A DNA stretch of 64,000 bases from Octopus vulgaris (Eukaryota), in assembly GCA_951406725.2 (NCBI GenBank), contig OX597832.1:52390001-52454000 (forward strand), written 5' to 3'. Every line of letters begins with the position of its first letter. Position 1 is the stretch's first letter. This document shows, piece after piece, positions 38,871 to 55,000 of the stretch. Under the pieces are notes generated by a model. It searched no databases, was not told the DNA's origin, and saw nothing but the letters and a program-made list of their open reading frames with translations. A program made the position numbers and the translations under genes.

Positions 38871-40699
38871 ATTCCACCGGATGTCAGGATTTTATGGCTT
38901 TAAATACCATTGGAGTAGATTTGCAGTGTATCCCATCAGTTGGTCCCAGTAAATTGTACAGCAAATATTTTGTGGATATTGGTTTGTGAGAGAGCTGTGA
39001 CTGCCATATTCTTTAAAGCCAACAATAATCTCTCTTTTACTCTTTTACTTGTTTCAGTCATTTGACTGCGGCCATGCTAGAGCACCGCCTTTTAGTCGAG
39101 CAAATCGACCCCAATACTTATTCTTTGTAAGCCTAGAACTTATTCTATCGGTGTCTTTTGCCGAACCGCTAATTACGAGGACGTAAACACACCAGCATCG
39201 GTTGTCAAGCAATGTTGGGGGACAAACACGCACACACAACCGTATACACACCGGGGCTTCTTTCAGTTTCCGTCTCCCAAATCCACTCACAAGGCTTTAG
39301 CCGGCTTGAGGCTATAGTAGAATTCACTTGCCCAAGTTGCCACGCAGTGGGACTGAACCCGAAACCATGTGGTTGGTAAGCAAGCTACTTGCCACACAGC
39401 AACTCCTGCGCCTATGATCAACCTATATTTATTTAAAAGAGATTTTTACCGGTATATAGGAATATTTTGCATTCATTATATGTAAAAGAGGATAAAAAGA
39501 AACAATTTGCAAAGCGGTTTTCCTCTGTGTTTAACTATGGATATTCCTTTCCGCCAAATTCTTGCTCCATATCAACCAAAAATATTATTAAACTCAGATA
39601 CTACCCAACGTTGTTAATATTTCCATTGTAGAAGGCGGCGAGCTAGCAGAATCTTCAGCGTGCCGGACGAAATGCTTACCATCATTTCATCCGTCTTTAC
39701 GTTTTCAAATTCCGCTGGGATCGAGTTTGACTTTCATCCTTTTGGGCTCGATTTGATCAACTTATCTTCTCCTCCAAACCTGCTGGCCTTGTGCCAAAAT
39801 TAGAAACCCAAATTTCCATTGTAGATAGTAAGATCTTCACCGTCCAAAATTGGTTCCATGCACGTTTCTTGTGGACTCTACCATTTAAGTAAATTGTGCG
39901 TTTAGTGCTCAAAATCGAAATACGGACAGACTGTCTTGTTGAATATTCCTTCCGAAAGTTTATGTCAAAGACAATGATCGTGCCTTTGGTTACAAAGTTG
40001 TTCTCTGAAGCCCTTCAATGGCAGATACGAGGGAAGTAATTACTTTCGTTAAATGTTGCCCGTCCAGAAACAATAAGTGAAAATCAAGTCAAACGCCGTT
40101 AAATGGTTTCTAATCTAGTTGTATTACCACAAGGTATAAATTCCAGTTAAACCGTTACGTTTGTACGATTCTCATTTATATATATATATTTTTTTCGACT
40201 TCAGACAAAAGAGCCTTATTCATTAAAAATATAATTTTCATTCGGACTGGCAATTTCTTTATATCTATATATATAAAGCTGAAGTTATCTGTGTGGTAGG
40301 TTTGGTAGCTTTCAACTAGCACTATCTCCTCCGAAACCCTGCGGCGCAAGTTGACCAAAATTGAGAGTATGATAAAAGAAGGCTTGTTCTTCCTTCCGTA
40401 GAAGAAAAAAATTCCTATTTTTTTACGATTTTTTGACTGCTGGTGTATTCTAACCAGAAAAATGTTCACTTAAAGAGAATAACAAGCTACATAATGCAAA
40501 ATTTTTACTTTACAAAAATTCCAATTCTAAAGGGTCGAAACAAACCCGAGTAACAAAATGTTGGAGCAATTAAAACGTACGTCGTGTTCTGTCAAGTGAA
40601 GATTATCATTATTAAGTACAAGATTTGTCGATGAAATAGCAAACCAGTTTGTTATATTAAAATGATCGCAGGAAGATTATGTTGTTAGTGTGAAATGCA

Positions 40700-41100
40700 T
40701 GGTCAGACGATAAAGATGGCGTTGGTGTGGAGGAGATGGTCAAATGAAGGGGATGCTGTTGGAGCGGGGGTGATGATCATATGAAGGGGATGGTGTTGGT
40801 GTGGGAGAAATGATCCAGGGAAGAGAGGGATGTTGGTGTGGGAAGATGGACAGATAGATTAAGGGAAGAGTGTTAGTATTGGGGAGATGGTTAGATGAAG
40901 TGAATGGTGAGCGGGAGATGTCCACATGAAGCAGATGGTGTTGGTGTGGGAGAACTGGTCAGATGAAGCGGAGTCTGTTGGTGTAGGAGAGATGTCAGAC
41001 GATGGGGGTGATGATGCAAGGGCGATGATCAGAGGAGGGAATGGTGTTTGTGTATGGGAGGTTGTCATATTTACGCGGGAGAGGTGGTGCTGGTCAGACC
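40700..41100. repeat. Degenerate ~35-bp purine-rich minisatellite
   Basis: Recurring gatggtgttggtgtgggaga.atggtcagatgaag units. Confidence 0.7.
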
Positions 41101-41498
41101 AAGAGAGCGGTATTGGCGGGGAAAGATTGCCAGTAACGATGGTGTTGACTTAGGCGGGAAGACGACATGGCCTGATGCATTATTATATGTATGTATACAT
41201 ACACGTATACAAACGTGCATTCACATACACTCACACACACACATACGTGTATCCATAGATACATACATACATATGCGCACTTAAATTGGAAGAGTGTAGT
41301 TTCTGTGTTCATACATGCCTCTATACATATATATATACACACACACACACATTCATAAATATTTTAAATACCAATATACACCAATGCAAAACTAAAGTAG
41401 TTAGTTTGCAGTGAACACTGGTATAAACAGGCGAACTAGAATGCAAACATCCCTTAAAGGATTATAGCCCTTGTCCTGATTATATATCATACATATAC

Positions 41499-41529
<31 letters not shown>

Positions 41530-41760
41530 TGTAAATACATCATGTTTGTTGTTTACACACCCGGCTTCGTCTTTTGTTTTTTGTTTTGTCTTTTTGTAAA
41601 TCTCAACTATATATATATATTATATATACATATATACATGCATATATAGATATATATTTGCATCGCTCTCTCTCTATATATATATATCTCTATATGTGTA
41701 TATATATATGCATATATACCTATATATATATATATATATATACATATATATATTTGCATA

Positions 41761-41819
<59 letters not shown>

Positions 41820-42059
41820 GATCTATTTCTTATGTACCGAAAATTAAGAACGATACTTTCAACACCTCTTATAAAGTTTTTAAGTCTTGTAAAGTCTAAT
41901 ATATTTTTTTGTAGTCTTACTCCATCTTATAAATATTTATTTTGCAATAAAATTCTTACTGAGGAGAGACTTTTTGAACACTCTGTATATTCCAGAATTT
42001 AACCACTGTTAGCGATTTTTTCCCGCCGTCTTCTTTTTCTCTTGGACTTTCCTGTTCCC

Positions 42060-42096
42060 TGTTTCTGAAGAAGAGCTTTGCTTGAAACGTAAAACA
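42060..42096 (+). ncRNA. Minimal type I hammerhead ribozyme (Penelope-type), intact core
   Basis: UGUUU-CUGAAGA-A-GAGC-UUU-GCUU-GAAA-CG-UA-AAACA. Confidence 0.75.
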
Positions 42097-42699
42097 CCCT
42101 GTCTTTCCTCCTCTGAGAGTCTTATTAATACCCTGCAACGTACCACGTCCTCGAGTTGTTATTTTTTCCTGTTGTTTTTTTTATTATATGTAGTTCAGCA
42201 AAATTTAGATTCAGATGAATATGATACTTAAGTCAAAGGCACCAGAATTTTGTATGGTATTATCCATATAAATCCACGGGGTGATTACAATCAAAATAAG
42301 CAACAAGTATATCCTCTGATATATTTTGAAATAAGCAACAAGTATATCCTCTGATATACTTGTTGCTTATTTTGATTATATATATAATATAATATATATA
42401 ACAAGATGCAGCACGGATTTTTGTCAGTGAACAGGTCGCGGATTTTAGCGACGAAAATATTTTGACAAATTAAACTTAAATGTTGAAGTGAATCGAACGG
42501 CTTTTGTGTGTTTCTTAAATGGCTTATAAACACCTTCCACGCTGCAATTGTTTTCGTTTCAGCACACGATCTCAGATCAAATATATATACATCTCCGTAA
42601 AAAATAATATATAATATTATATTCATAGTATTTAATGTAATGTTGTAATATAAATATATCATTGGATTGTCAATAGAATATCTCTATATTTAATTTATC

Positions 42700-42769
<70 letters not shown>

Positions 42770-42942
42770 CACATATATATACATATATATATATATATAA
42801 CATATATATAAAATATATATATAATATACAATATATATATATATACACATATATATAATATATATATAATATTATATCATACATATATTACATATAATAT
42901 ATACATATAAATAAATATATATATATATACATATAATAGATA

Positions 42943-43028
<86 letters not shown>

Positions 43029-43182
43029 TGTTATCGCTTGATAGCCAATATTAGTGGGATTGATCTGAATGATCTTACCTGTTCGGCAAAAGGGAACTCG
43101 ATCTGATTACCTCATTTCTTCTAATATATAATGCCTGTACATCATCTACAAACCTTCCAATATATATATATATATATAACTA

Positions 43183-43240
<58 letters not shown>

Positions 43241-44498
43241 TGTGTGTCTATGCTGGGAATTTTCAGCCAAATGTATCGACCCCAGCCTGATACTTATTGT
43301 ATCGGTTTCTTTTGCCGAACCGCTAGGATATGGGTGTCTAATCAACAAGCACCGGTTGTCGAGCGGTGGTGGGGACAAGCACTACTTACAAAGAATAAGT
43401 TCTGGGGTTATATATATATATATATAGCATGGCCATATCAAATAACTGAGACAAATCATATATATATATATTAATTCTCTGCGGCCATGCTGGGAATTTT
43501 CAACCAAATGTATCGACCCCAGCCTGGTACTTATTCAATTTAAAAGCCTGGTACATATTCTATCGGTTTCTTTTGCAGAACCGCTAAGTTATGGGGATCG
43601 AATCCCACCAGCACCGGTTCTCAACCGATGGTGGGGGTAAAACGCACACCCACCCCATTATATATATAAAAGGAGCACTCCGTCGATTACAACGACGAGG
43701 GTCCCAGCTGATACGATCAAAGGAACAGCTTGCTTGTGAAATTAATGTGCAAGTGGCTGAGCACTCCAAAGACACGTGTGCCCTTAACGTAGTTCTCGGG
43801 GAGATTCAACGTGACAGAGTGTGACAAGGCTGGCCCTTTAAACTACAGGTACAACTCACTTTTGCCAGCTGAGTGAACTGGAGCAACGTCAAATAAAGTG
43901 ACTTGCTCAAGGACACAACCTGTCGCCGGGAATTGAACTCACGACCTTGTGATCGTGAGTCGAATGCCCTAACCACTAAGCCACGCGCCTTCACACTCAC
44001 ATGTTGCCGTACACATTCGCTAGCTTTCTTGCAAAGGGGTCTAATGCAGTTAGCTTAGACCTTTTGGGGGACAACCAGTCCGAAGCATCTAAAGTGTAAC
44101 TGTCCGAAATGGTTGACTTCTATATATATATATATATATATATAGAAAAGATATACCCGTCTATATTATATATATATATATTTTTTTTGTTATATATATT
44201 ATATATATATATCCGAACGCTTATATATATTTTTTTATATATATCATCGTTTAACGTCCGCTTTCCATGCTAGCATGGGTTGGACGATTTGACTGAGGGC
44301 TGGCGAACCAGATGGCTGCACCAGGCTCCAATCTTGATCTAGCAGAGTTTCTACAGCTGAATGCCCTTCCTAACGCCAACCACTCCGAGAGTGTCGTGGG
44401 TGCTTTTTACGTGCCACCAGCACGGAAGCCAGTTAGCCGCTCTGTCAACGATCACACTCGTATGGTGCTCTTTGCACCCCGCTAGCAGGATGCCAGTC

Positions 44499-44529
<31 letters not shown>

Positions 44530-44693
44530 TATGAATGTAAGTATATGTATGTATGTATGTATATATGTATATAACTATATATGTATGTATATATGTGTAT
44601 ATATAAAAATATATATATATGTATACATGTGTATATATAAAAATATATATATATATGTGTGTATATATAAATATATATATATATATATGTGTG

Positions 44694-44748
<55 letters not shown>

Positions 44749-45114
44749 ATATATAAATATATGTAAGCATATATATGTGTGCATATATAAATATGTGTGT
44801 GTGTGTATATGTATATGACGTATTTATTTCAGTTTCCTTCTACCAAATTCCACTCACTAGTGGGACTGAACCCGGAACCACGTGGTTGGGAAGTAAGCTT
44901 CTTACCACACACAGCCAGACATGTACATACTTGTATCACCCACGCATACTGCGTGCCCCCACTGTACCTGTGCGAGTGTGTGTCTGTGTGTGTAAAGCTA
45001 TAATCTATATGTATGCGCGCTTCCTGTCCCCTTTTATTGTTACATTCAAAGAACTTCACACCACCACCATCGTCGTCATGTGTATGTGTGTGTGTGTCTG
45101 TCTGTCTGAGTATG

Positions 45115-45160
<46 letters not shown>

Positions 45161-45804
45161 CATACGCCCACCACAATATACAAAGCATATTTCCAAAGAA
45201 CAAAAATAACACACAAGTATTGCCACCCACGCAAACAACCAACCAAAAAAAAAAAAATCAAATGAAAAATAATTTCTTGTAAATTCTTTGAATGACCATC
45301 CTTAACTTACTGTCCATATTCTCTCAATAGAAAAAAGGTAAAAAAGAAAGAAGGAAATATTGACAATATATTCCAAAACACACACACATACACACACTCG
45401 CGCACACAGCTGCTCATGCCATGAATAGAAACCACCAATTTCAATTCAAAAGACTCCTTTTCAATAGAATTCCTGAAACGTGAACTCTTGAACCCCACCA
45501 CAAACCGTAGACACAACATATTTTTAAGGAGTGACGCTGACGTGCATTAAAAATGGCTACAAACTGTTCAACCCCACCGCCATTTTTTTTTCTCTTTGAC
45601 TTCCTAAAAATTTTTCTCTAATATTTGAGAATCGAAACCGGTTATTTTTTTAAATAGCTCTCTGTAACAAAACTATTAAACATTCTCTAAAATAATGCTT
45701 TTGTGCCTTTTCCAGCTTTATTACATTTTTCAACCATAATTTTTGACTTGTATTACTTCCTAACTCCTTTTCAACTACACACACATACATATATATACTT
45801 ACAT

Positions 45805-45836
<32 letters not shown>

Positions 45837-46077
45837 TATATATATATATATATACATATATACGATGTGCTTCTTTCAGTTTCCGTCTACCAAATCCACT
45901 CAAGGCTTTGGTCGGCCCGAGGCTATAGTAGAAGACACTTGCCCAAGATGCGACATAGTGGGACTGAACCCGGGACAATGTGGTTCGTAAAGAAGCTACT
46001 TACCACACAGCCACTCCTACGCCTATGTATATATATCACATCGAAACTAACTATGACTTAAGTTTTCCTCTCACACC

Positions 46078-46129
46078 GTCTCCGATGAAGGGATATTATT
46101 AATTAATATTCTAGAAACAGCTGTAAGAC
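46078..46129 (+). ncRNA. Type I hammerhead fold with a U4C substitution
   Basis: GUCU-CCGAUGA-A-GGGAUAUU-loop-AAUAUUCU-A-GAAA-CAGCUG-UA-AGAC. Confidence 0.65.
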
Positions 46130-46160
46130 CTTCTATCTATAAATGCTCTAATATCTGTAC

Positions 46161-46361
46161 CAGTGCTTCTCAAACTTTTTGCTGGAGCGGAACCCCAAGG
46201 AAACATTCCACTGGCTCGGGGAACCCCTGTGCAATAATTTAATAGTCTTATGCACACATATCTGCACAGGAAAATTAAAAATTACTGCCGATTTTAGCAG
46301 TTTTGTAACTTCTTGCGGAACCCCTGTACTGTACTGGCGGAACCCTGGTTGAAAACCACTG
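46161..46361. mobile_element. hAT MITE
   Basis: TIRs CAGTGCTTCTCAA / TTGAAAACCACTG; TSD ATCTGTAC / ATCTATAT. Confidence 0.7.
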
Positions 46362-46639
46362 ATCTATATAGCCTTGGGTTTTTTTCATCCCATTACGCAA
46401 AAAATTCATATATATATATATATGTGGAGGCGCAATGGCCCAGTGGTTAGGGCAGCGGACTTGCGGTCGGAGGATCGCGGTTTCGATTCCCAGACCGGGC
46501 GTTGTGTGTGTTTATTGAGCGAAAACACCTAAAAGCTCCACGAGGCTCCGGCAGGGGATGGTGGTGATCCCTGCTGTACTCTTTCACCACTCTAAAGGCG
46601 GTGCTCCAGCATGGCCGCAGTCAAATGACTGAAACAAGT

Positions 46640-46708
<69 letters not shown>

Positions 46709-47201
46709 AATTAATGGAATGATTAGGGAACAGGAATTGCGTAATCCACTCTATTGGCTTAATGCTGTTTTGTGGTATAAGAATCAGTGCACTTAAAAGT
46801 TTTTTCCTAAATGAACTTATTAGTTGAGTGTGTGTGTGTGAATGTGTGTGTATAGAGTTATTAGTGAGGGATTATCAGCCGAGGCAAAATACTTTATAAC
46901 CTCTGTGTTAGTACACCAGGCAAACAATATTTATTAGATTAGTTAAGAACACCGAGTATTCTGGTGACCAGCGTTCGAGGTTCTCGTTCATTACCACTCT
47001 CTATTGTACAACCATGCTAGTGCACCAGTTATACTGGTGATATACAAGACAAGGTGTAAATGATGGCTATTACATAATTTTCTTTATTGCAGTAAGTTTT
47101 AACTTCCTGCTGTTACTGGAAACAGTTACAAGTCAAGTTTACTACAATAGCGAAAAATATGCAGTAACCATTATTTATACCTCGTCTCGTGTGTGTGTGA
47201 G

Positions 47202-47265
<64 letters not shown>

Positions 47266-47354
47266 CTTTCTGGAGTATATATATATATATATTCTGGAGT
47301 ATATATATATATATATTTATAACCAAAAAATAAGCAACAAGAACGGATCAGTAG

Positions 47355-47440
47355 TTTAGTACAATTGTTTCATACTATAAACATTTTATTGAAGCTGCAA
47401 ATATTACGGCAAATATAATGTCAAGTACTCTTCAGCTAAA
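47355..47440 (-). ncRNA. Type I hammerhead ribozyme, intact core, long stem II insertion
   Basis: Minus: UUUAG-CUGAAGA-GUACU...(about 47 nt)...AGUAU-GAAA-CAAUUG-UA-CUAAA. Confidence 0.72.
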
Positions 47441-47706
47441 TTTCATATAGGTTTTCCAAACATCTTAGAGAGAGTAAATATCCTTATAAAGTCATAGGAG
47501 TGAGTTCCAGGAACTTGAAGTAAGATTCCAAGCAGACTATATATGTTTTTTCCAACAATACAAAGTTATTAAATTAATTATTGACATCTCAAAGGTAAAT
47601 CTACTCATAAAGATGTGGATATAAATTTCAAGAAACATGAGGAAAGATGCCGATCAGACTACGGTTAAGTTCGCATCTAACTGTTGCAAACAAAATTCTA
47701 TAGTAG

Positions 47707-47794
<88 letters not shown>

Positions 47795-47936
47795 TAGTTG
47801 GCGCTAGGAAGGGCATCCAGCCGTAGAAACATTGCCAGATCAGACTGGGCCTGGTGCAGCCTTCTGGCTTCCCAGACCCCAGTTGTACCGTCCAACCCAT
47901 GCCAGCATGGAAAGCGGACGCTAAACGATGATGATG

Positions 47937-47983
<47 letters not shown>

Positions 47984-48284
47984 CAACTACAGGAGTAGTT
48001 GAAAGCGCTAATATGAAGAAATAATATGTGATATGTAAATAAATATATATCTTTACAACCATCCAGCACTCTGAACACTTTTTTTTTCATATATATATAT
48101 ACATATACTATATATATATATACATATATATATATACTATATATATATATACAATATATATATACAATATATATATATATACTATATATATATATACAAT
48201 ATATATATATACAATATATATATATACATATACAATATATATATATACAATATATATATATATACATATACAATATATATATAT

Positions 48285-48354
<70 letters not shown>

Positions 48355-50412
48355 CACACACACACACACACATCTCGTCATGTATACGTAGATTGAAGAA
48401 AAATTTCGAAAAAGTTAAAAATGAAAAATATTGGGGGGCGGGGTGGAATTTAAAATTTTGAAAATGTGATCTTTTGCATATTCGGAATCTCCGTCATTGA
48501 AAACCTAGTAACCCGATGAGAAAAAAAAAAAAAAAATTTCTGAAAGCTCGGTTTTTTGTGGCGGGGTGGGTCGGGAGGACTGTCGCCCAGCTCCACCTTT
48601 TGTTACATACACACATACATACATACATACATCGACACCTATCATAGTATCTGAAAGAAATATATTACTCTGATGAAACTAAAAATTTGCAGAAATATAA
48701 TTTTTGAAGGAATTGATAGGAAACATAATCCAGAATTTCACAATGATGACAGGTTATCTGCCGGTTCCTATACACAAAGTTCTACACAGTTAAACCCGGT
48801 ATACATACATGATCACAAGGAAAAGCCTTGTTCTGTTGCGGAAACCATCTGCCCGCTTGGTACCAACGTGGTTAGAAAAGTACAAGTGGAAGAGGGCATC
48901 TATGGACCCCTGATGAGGAGTTTGCAAATCCAGTACCCAAGATAAACTTTCAGCCTCATACCCATTATTATTGGAATAACAGGGTGCATACCAACCCAGC
49001 TGGAGCAAAGTATGTCCGAACTTGGGTTCTATGGGAGAGGAGGCAAATACTTATCTCATACTCTATAAATGATTTCGATATCTGGGACTACAAAAATCTG
49101 CAAGATTCAAACCCTTGCCAAACTTTTGTCGAGTCAAACCGAAGGATTGCCAAAGTTTTCTCTAAATTAACAAGAGAAATAGAAAAACACACATACGTAC
49201 ACACATGCATACATACATACATATATATACATCCATCCATACATAAATACATACGTACATACATACATATATCCTTTTACAAGACGTGTGGTGATAGTAA
49301 CTTCGAAGTCACTAAAGGTACGATATGTATGTACTCTACAAAAAATATTATGTAAATTGTAAAGTGCAATGTAAATTATTGGTCAATATAAAAATCTTCA
49401 CCCGTGAACAAAATAAAAAATAGTAAACCAGCCCGCTAGGTGTTAACATGTAAAAAACGAATATAAAAAAAGAAATTGCGCTGATGACCCTTGTGGGTGG
49501 AGAGGACTTTGGGAAAATTCACAATTATTTTTATTATAAGTCGTTAAATGAACACACATATATATAGAGAGTGGCCCAAAAGTATGTTTACCGTTACTCG
49601 AGGCGTAAGAGTGGTAAGTAGCTTGCCTACCAACCACATGGTCCTGGGTTCAGTCCCACTGCGTAGCACCTTGGCCAAGTGTCTTTTACTATAGCTTCGG
49701 GCCAACCAAAGCCTTGTGAGTGGATGTGGTAGATGGAAACTGAAAGAAGTCCGTGTGTATATGTTTATGTGTCTGTGTTTGTCCCCCCAACATCGCTTGA
49801 CAACCGATGCTGGTGTGTTTACGTCCCCGTAACTTTGCGGTTCGGCAAAAGACATCGATAGAATAAGTACTAGGCTTACAAAGAATAAGTCCCGGGGATC
49901 GGTTTGCTCGACTAAAGGTGGTGCCCCAGCATGGCCACAGTCAAATGACTGAAACAAGTAAAAGAGTAAAAGAACTCTTTCGCATTCATATATTAACAGT
50001 TTAGATCTTAATTATAAAAAAAATATGAAACCATTTATTCTATGCTAATTCAGTTAATTGTAAGATAGAAATTTAATGTTATAAAATGTTTTAAAATAAA
50101 TTTAAAGTGCCAACGTGATAACTGGTGAACCTACTTTTGGGTCACCCTCTCTGATGAACTCACACGTCGAACACGACGTATGAAGGTTCAGCTTTTGCCG
50201 GACGACCTGTACAAATGATTTGTTTATAGCGGTCAAGTGTATGTGCCGCTTATTAGCTCCCTCCCTCCATCAAATCGCCGTTGGCCGAATAGGTGCACTG
50301 TGTGCCACGCGTCAGGTGTCGAAGTGATTGCAGAGCAATGTGAGATGAAGTGTTTTGCTCAAGAACACAATGCACCACCCGGACTAGGAATCGAAACCAC
50401 AAACTCGCGATC

Positions 50413-50992
<580 letters not shown>

Positions 50993-51488
50993 GAGTGTGT
51001 GTGTATGTATGATAGATAGATAGATAGATAGATAGATATGTGGGACATGGACCGATAGATAGATAGGTGAGTGTGTGTGTGTATGTATGTATGTTGGTAT
51101 GTATGTATATAAATAAACTGCATTCCTTCGGTATAGCTCGACAAAGTCGTGACATTTCACTTCGGTTATTTCCTTGGGTTGTGGAATGTATATATATATA
51201 AAAATTGGTTAATATAGGGCGTCAGAAAATCAAAAAAAAAATGTGTGTAATAGGTGTAAAACAACTTCCTATGAACGAATATGAAAATACCTGCAATGTC
51301 TCATTTTAGACTTGAAGAAAAAAAAAAAAAAGCCTTGCATATTTGTTCTTCCTTGTTTCATGTGTGTATGTAAAATCCGCAAATTTTTCCAAGCAAAATA
51401 CAGAATCGAACTGTCATTTGCTCCCACGGAAATACCCGAAAGTGAAATGTTTTGATTTTGTCGAGTTATATCGAAAGAATGCCAAATA

Positions 51489-51570
<82 letters not shown>

Positions 51571-51611
51571 ATCTATATATATACATATATATATATGTAA
51601 ATATATATATG

Positions 51612-51642
<31 letters not shown>

Positions 51643-51658
51643 GTATATATATATATAA

Positions 51659-51717
<59 letters not shown>

Positions 51718-51732
51718 AATATATATATATGT

Positions 51733-51764
<32 letters not shown>

Positions 51765-51815
51765 CATATATATTATATATATATATGTATATATACATAA
51801 CACTTTAAGCGTATA

Positions 51816-51928
<113 letters not shown>

Positions 51929-51984
51929 ACATATATATACATACATATATATACATATATATATATACATACATATATACATAC

Positions 51985-52039
<55 letters not shown>

Positions 52040-55000
52040 TATATGTAAATATACACACACATCTACATTTACACGCACACACACACACACACACAGAGTA
52101 AAACGAACGGATTCTAAAGCATTAACAAACTTATTTATTTACAAGTTTCTACATGGCATATATTCACCGGCATCGTGTTTAGATGTATAATGTTTGTATT
52201 GCTCTGGCTTGGAAGTAGAAATGACTATAATTAACTTTTTGATTGGGAACAGACGATAAACATATTAACACAAACATATCAACCCGGAAGCATATGGAAT
52301 GTAAATATATATATTTTGTTTTTACTTATTCCTTAGAAATTGCCATCCATCATTTTTTTCCCCCTCTTCCGTGTACTAACAATCCGACATAAAATGTTTG
52401 TGGATGGAGACGGTAATTATTCGAAAATATTTTCACAGATATATAATACAAGGATATATAGGAAGCGTAGATAAAATAGTTATTAACTTACCATTTTTGT
52501 TGTGGATGGATGGAATCAAGGGAATGAGAAATGAAATGCTGAAAAAATATAAGCTCTCCCCACAAGACGCAATGTCTGTTGTTAGATAAAGCAACCACCT
52601 GACCTGATATGAGACAATATTAATGACAGCAGATGTCTTTATACTTGGTTCTGTTTTCTGGGTAACGTCGTTGATTGGCTGCCGGCAATTCCAAGAATGA
52701 TTTAGAGGTGGAGCGCAAAGAGAGAATACGGACAAATGAACAACATGCAGCGACATAGTAATACTAATAATAATAATAATAATAAGTAAGAGTAAGAGTA
52801 ATGGTTTCAAATTTTGGCACAGGCCAGCAATTTCGGGGGGGAAGGAGTAAGTCGGTTACATCGATCCCAGTACTCAACTGGTAGTTATTTTATCGACCCC
52901 GAAAAGATAAAAAAGCAAAGTCGACTTCGGCAGAATTTGAACCCTGTACGTAAAGATTTGGTTAAAATTCCGCCGAATAATAATAATGTTTTCTTTATTA
53001 ATCACTAAGGGTTCACACACACAAAAAGAAAAACACTGGGGACAGCACAGGACAATACAGTGTGGGGTTACATAAAAGGTGTGTAAAAAGTAAAAAAAAA
53101 AAAGAATAACAATATAAAATTATAATAATGAATAATTCCCTAAAACAAAAGAGTAGGACTTCTTAGGGCTGCTCGTGGAAACCTCACAAAACCACGGTCG
53201 CCTTGACCACTAAGGCAAGTACCCTCTCCACATCGTCATCCATCAACCTAAAGGCGCCTGCTTTGAGAAATTGGCCCAAGACCAATTCTTCAGCGCTAAG
53301 CACGAAGGATGCGATGTTTTTTTTTATTGCCCACAAGGGGCCAATATGGATGGGACAACACAAAAACATGTGGGGAGATATAACACACAGACCATCCTAG
53401 CAACAGTCACCCACTTTTTAACAAAATTACTGGGAGCCAACATTTTCCTCTCTACCCTCACTTTCCTTCTCAAGTGAAACTTGAAACAGCTGATGAGGGT
53501 TTGGCCAAAGGGGAAAATTCTGTCTTTCGCCATTTCAATTTGGTTCACCACACAACTTTTTTCGCTAAGGCCACCAGACAAAGAAACACTGCCTACTCAA
53601 CCCGGCCAAAGGAAGGCGGTGGAGCAATCTTCACGATGGTCTCAGCCGATAGCCGGACCGTCCTACACGCGACAACAGATGTTCGGCATAAACCCACAAG
53701 TCAGCAATACTCGGGCAGTGGACGAGAGCGTGCAGGACGTTTCGTTGCTCTGTGCACATCTCGGGTAAGCCCAACTGACGGCACTTCCATGCCTGTAGAG
53801 TTTATTCTGAACCGGCAATGCCCCTGGTAGCATTGCTAGGCCACAGCCAGTTGATTCTCGTCGACGCCGCGTTACCCGGAGAACGTCATAGCATTTTCCC
53901 GCCACTAACCTTCTACGGAACGCCAGAGTGGAACTTCCACCGACCGCCCTGTCCGACTGACAGAAGACTGAGCATCTGACGACACTCTACGCTTGATCCA
54001 GGACTGCAGCTCAATCAAAGAGAAAAACTGTGGAGAATCCAGTCTGACAAACGGCGACCACACCTGCGCATCGTCAGGGAAACGTTGGAGATGTCCAGCC
54101 CTCCATTCAGCAATTATTTGCAGCAAATGGAGCGCCTAACTAGTGGAACTCGCCCCTTGCACAGAAAGCGGAAGAATGTGCGCTCCAATTTGGTCAGATG
54201 TAAACTGGCGCAAAGCATGACGGTCAGGCGATAATATATAATGGAGGTGATATAAGCATACACCACCTCTGCCTGACCTTTCTGAGATAGCTTTCTCTCG
54301 GCCCATTTCTGGGGGAGATGTTCCACCCTGCTCTTCACTTCGTCCCAGTTCTTCACCAGGAGATCCGGACCACACTAGACCCTGAACAATTTAACCGGTC
54401 CCTCCGTTCAGTATCCCACAATGTTATTGGACAGTATGCACCTGCCTCTGCAGACCCACTGACTTTTCTTGGTTAACTTTTGCTCCTGTCACCGTTTTGA
54501 ACTGTCTTAGAATAGTGCCGACCAGGTCTACGTGTCTGGTGACGTCGTAACCAGGTGACCTCGTCTGCGTACGCCAACACAGTTTTTCCACGTCCTAGTT
54601 TCACGCGGAATGCCTCTCAATATCTCCAATTTCCGCAGTAGTGACCTTAGAGCCAGTACATACAGAAGAGACGAGCGAGGACACCATTGACGACGGATCG
54701 AGCGCATAATGCTGAATAGTTCCGATAGGTAACCATTCACCCGAACTACTAAGTAGATGCCACTGTACATTGCAGCGATCCCGCCATGGAAAAGGGGACC
54801 GAAACCGGCCGCCAATTATTAGTGGTCGACCCTATCGAAGGCTTTGATTGATCCAAATTGATAAGAGCCGCACCCATGCCAGCTTCTTTAACCACCCTGT
54901 CAATAATATATTGCTTGAGATGGAGGTTGTCGTGGATAGTTCTGCGCATGTTTGCGCATCACCAATCAGCTCCTCGATGACAATCGCCATGGACCTTAAA

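Noticed and set aside
50145-50200. CUGAUGA followed by a hairpin
   Set aside because: No GAAA, stem III or cleavage triplet in position.
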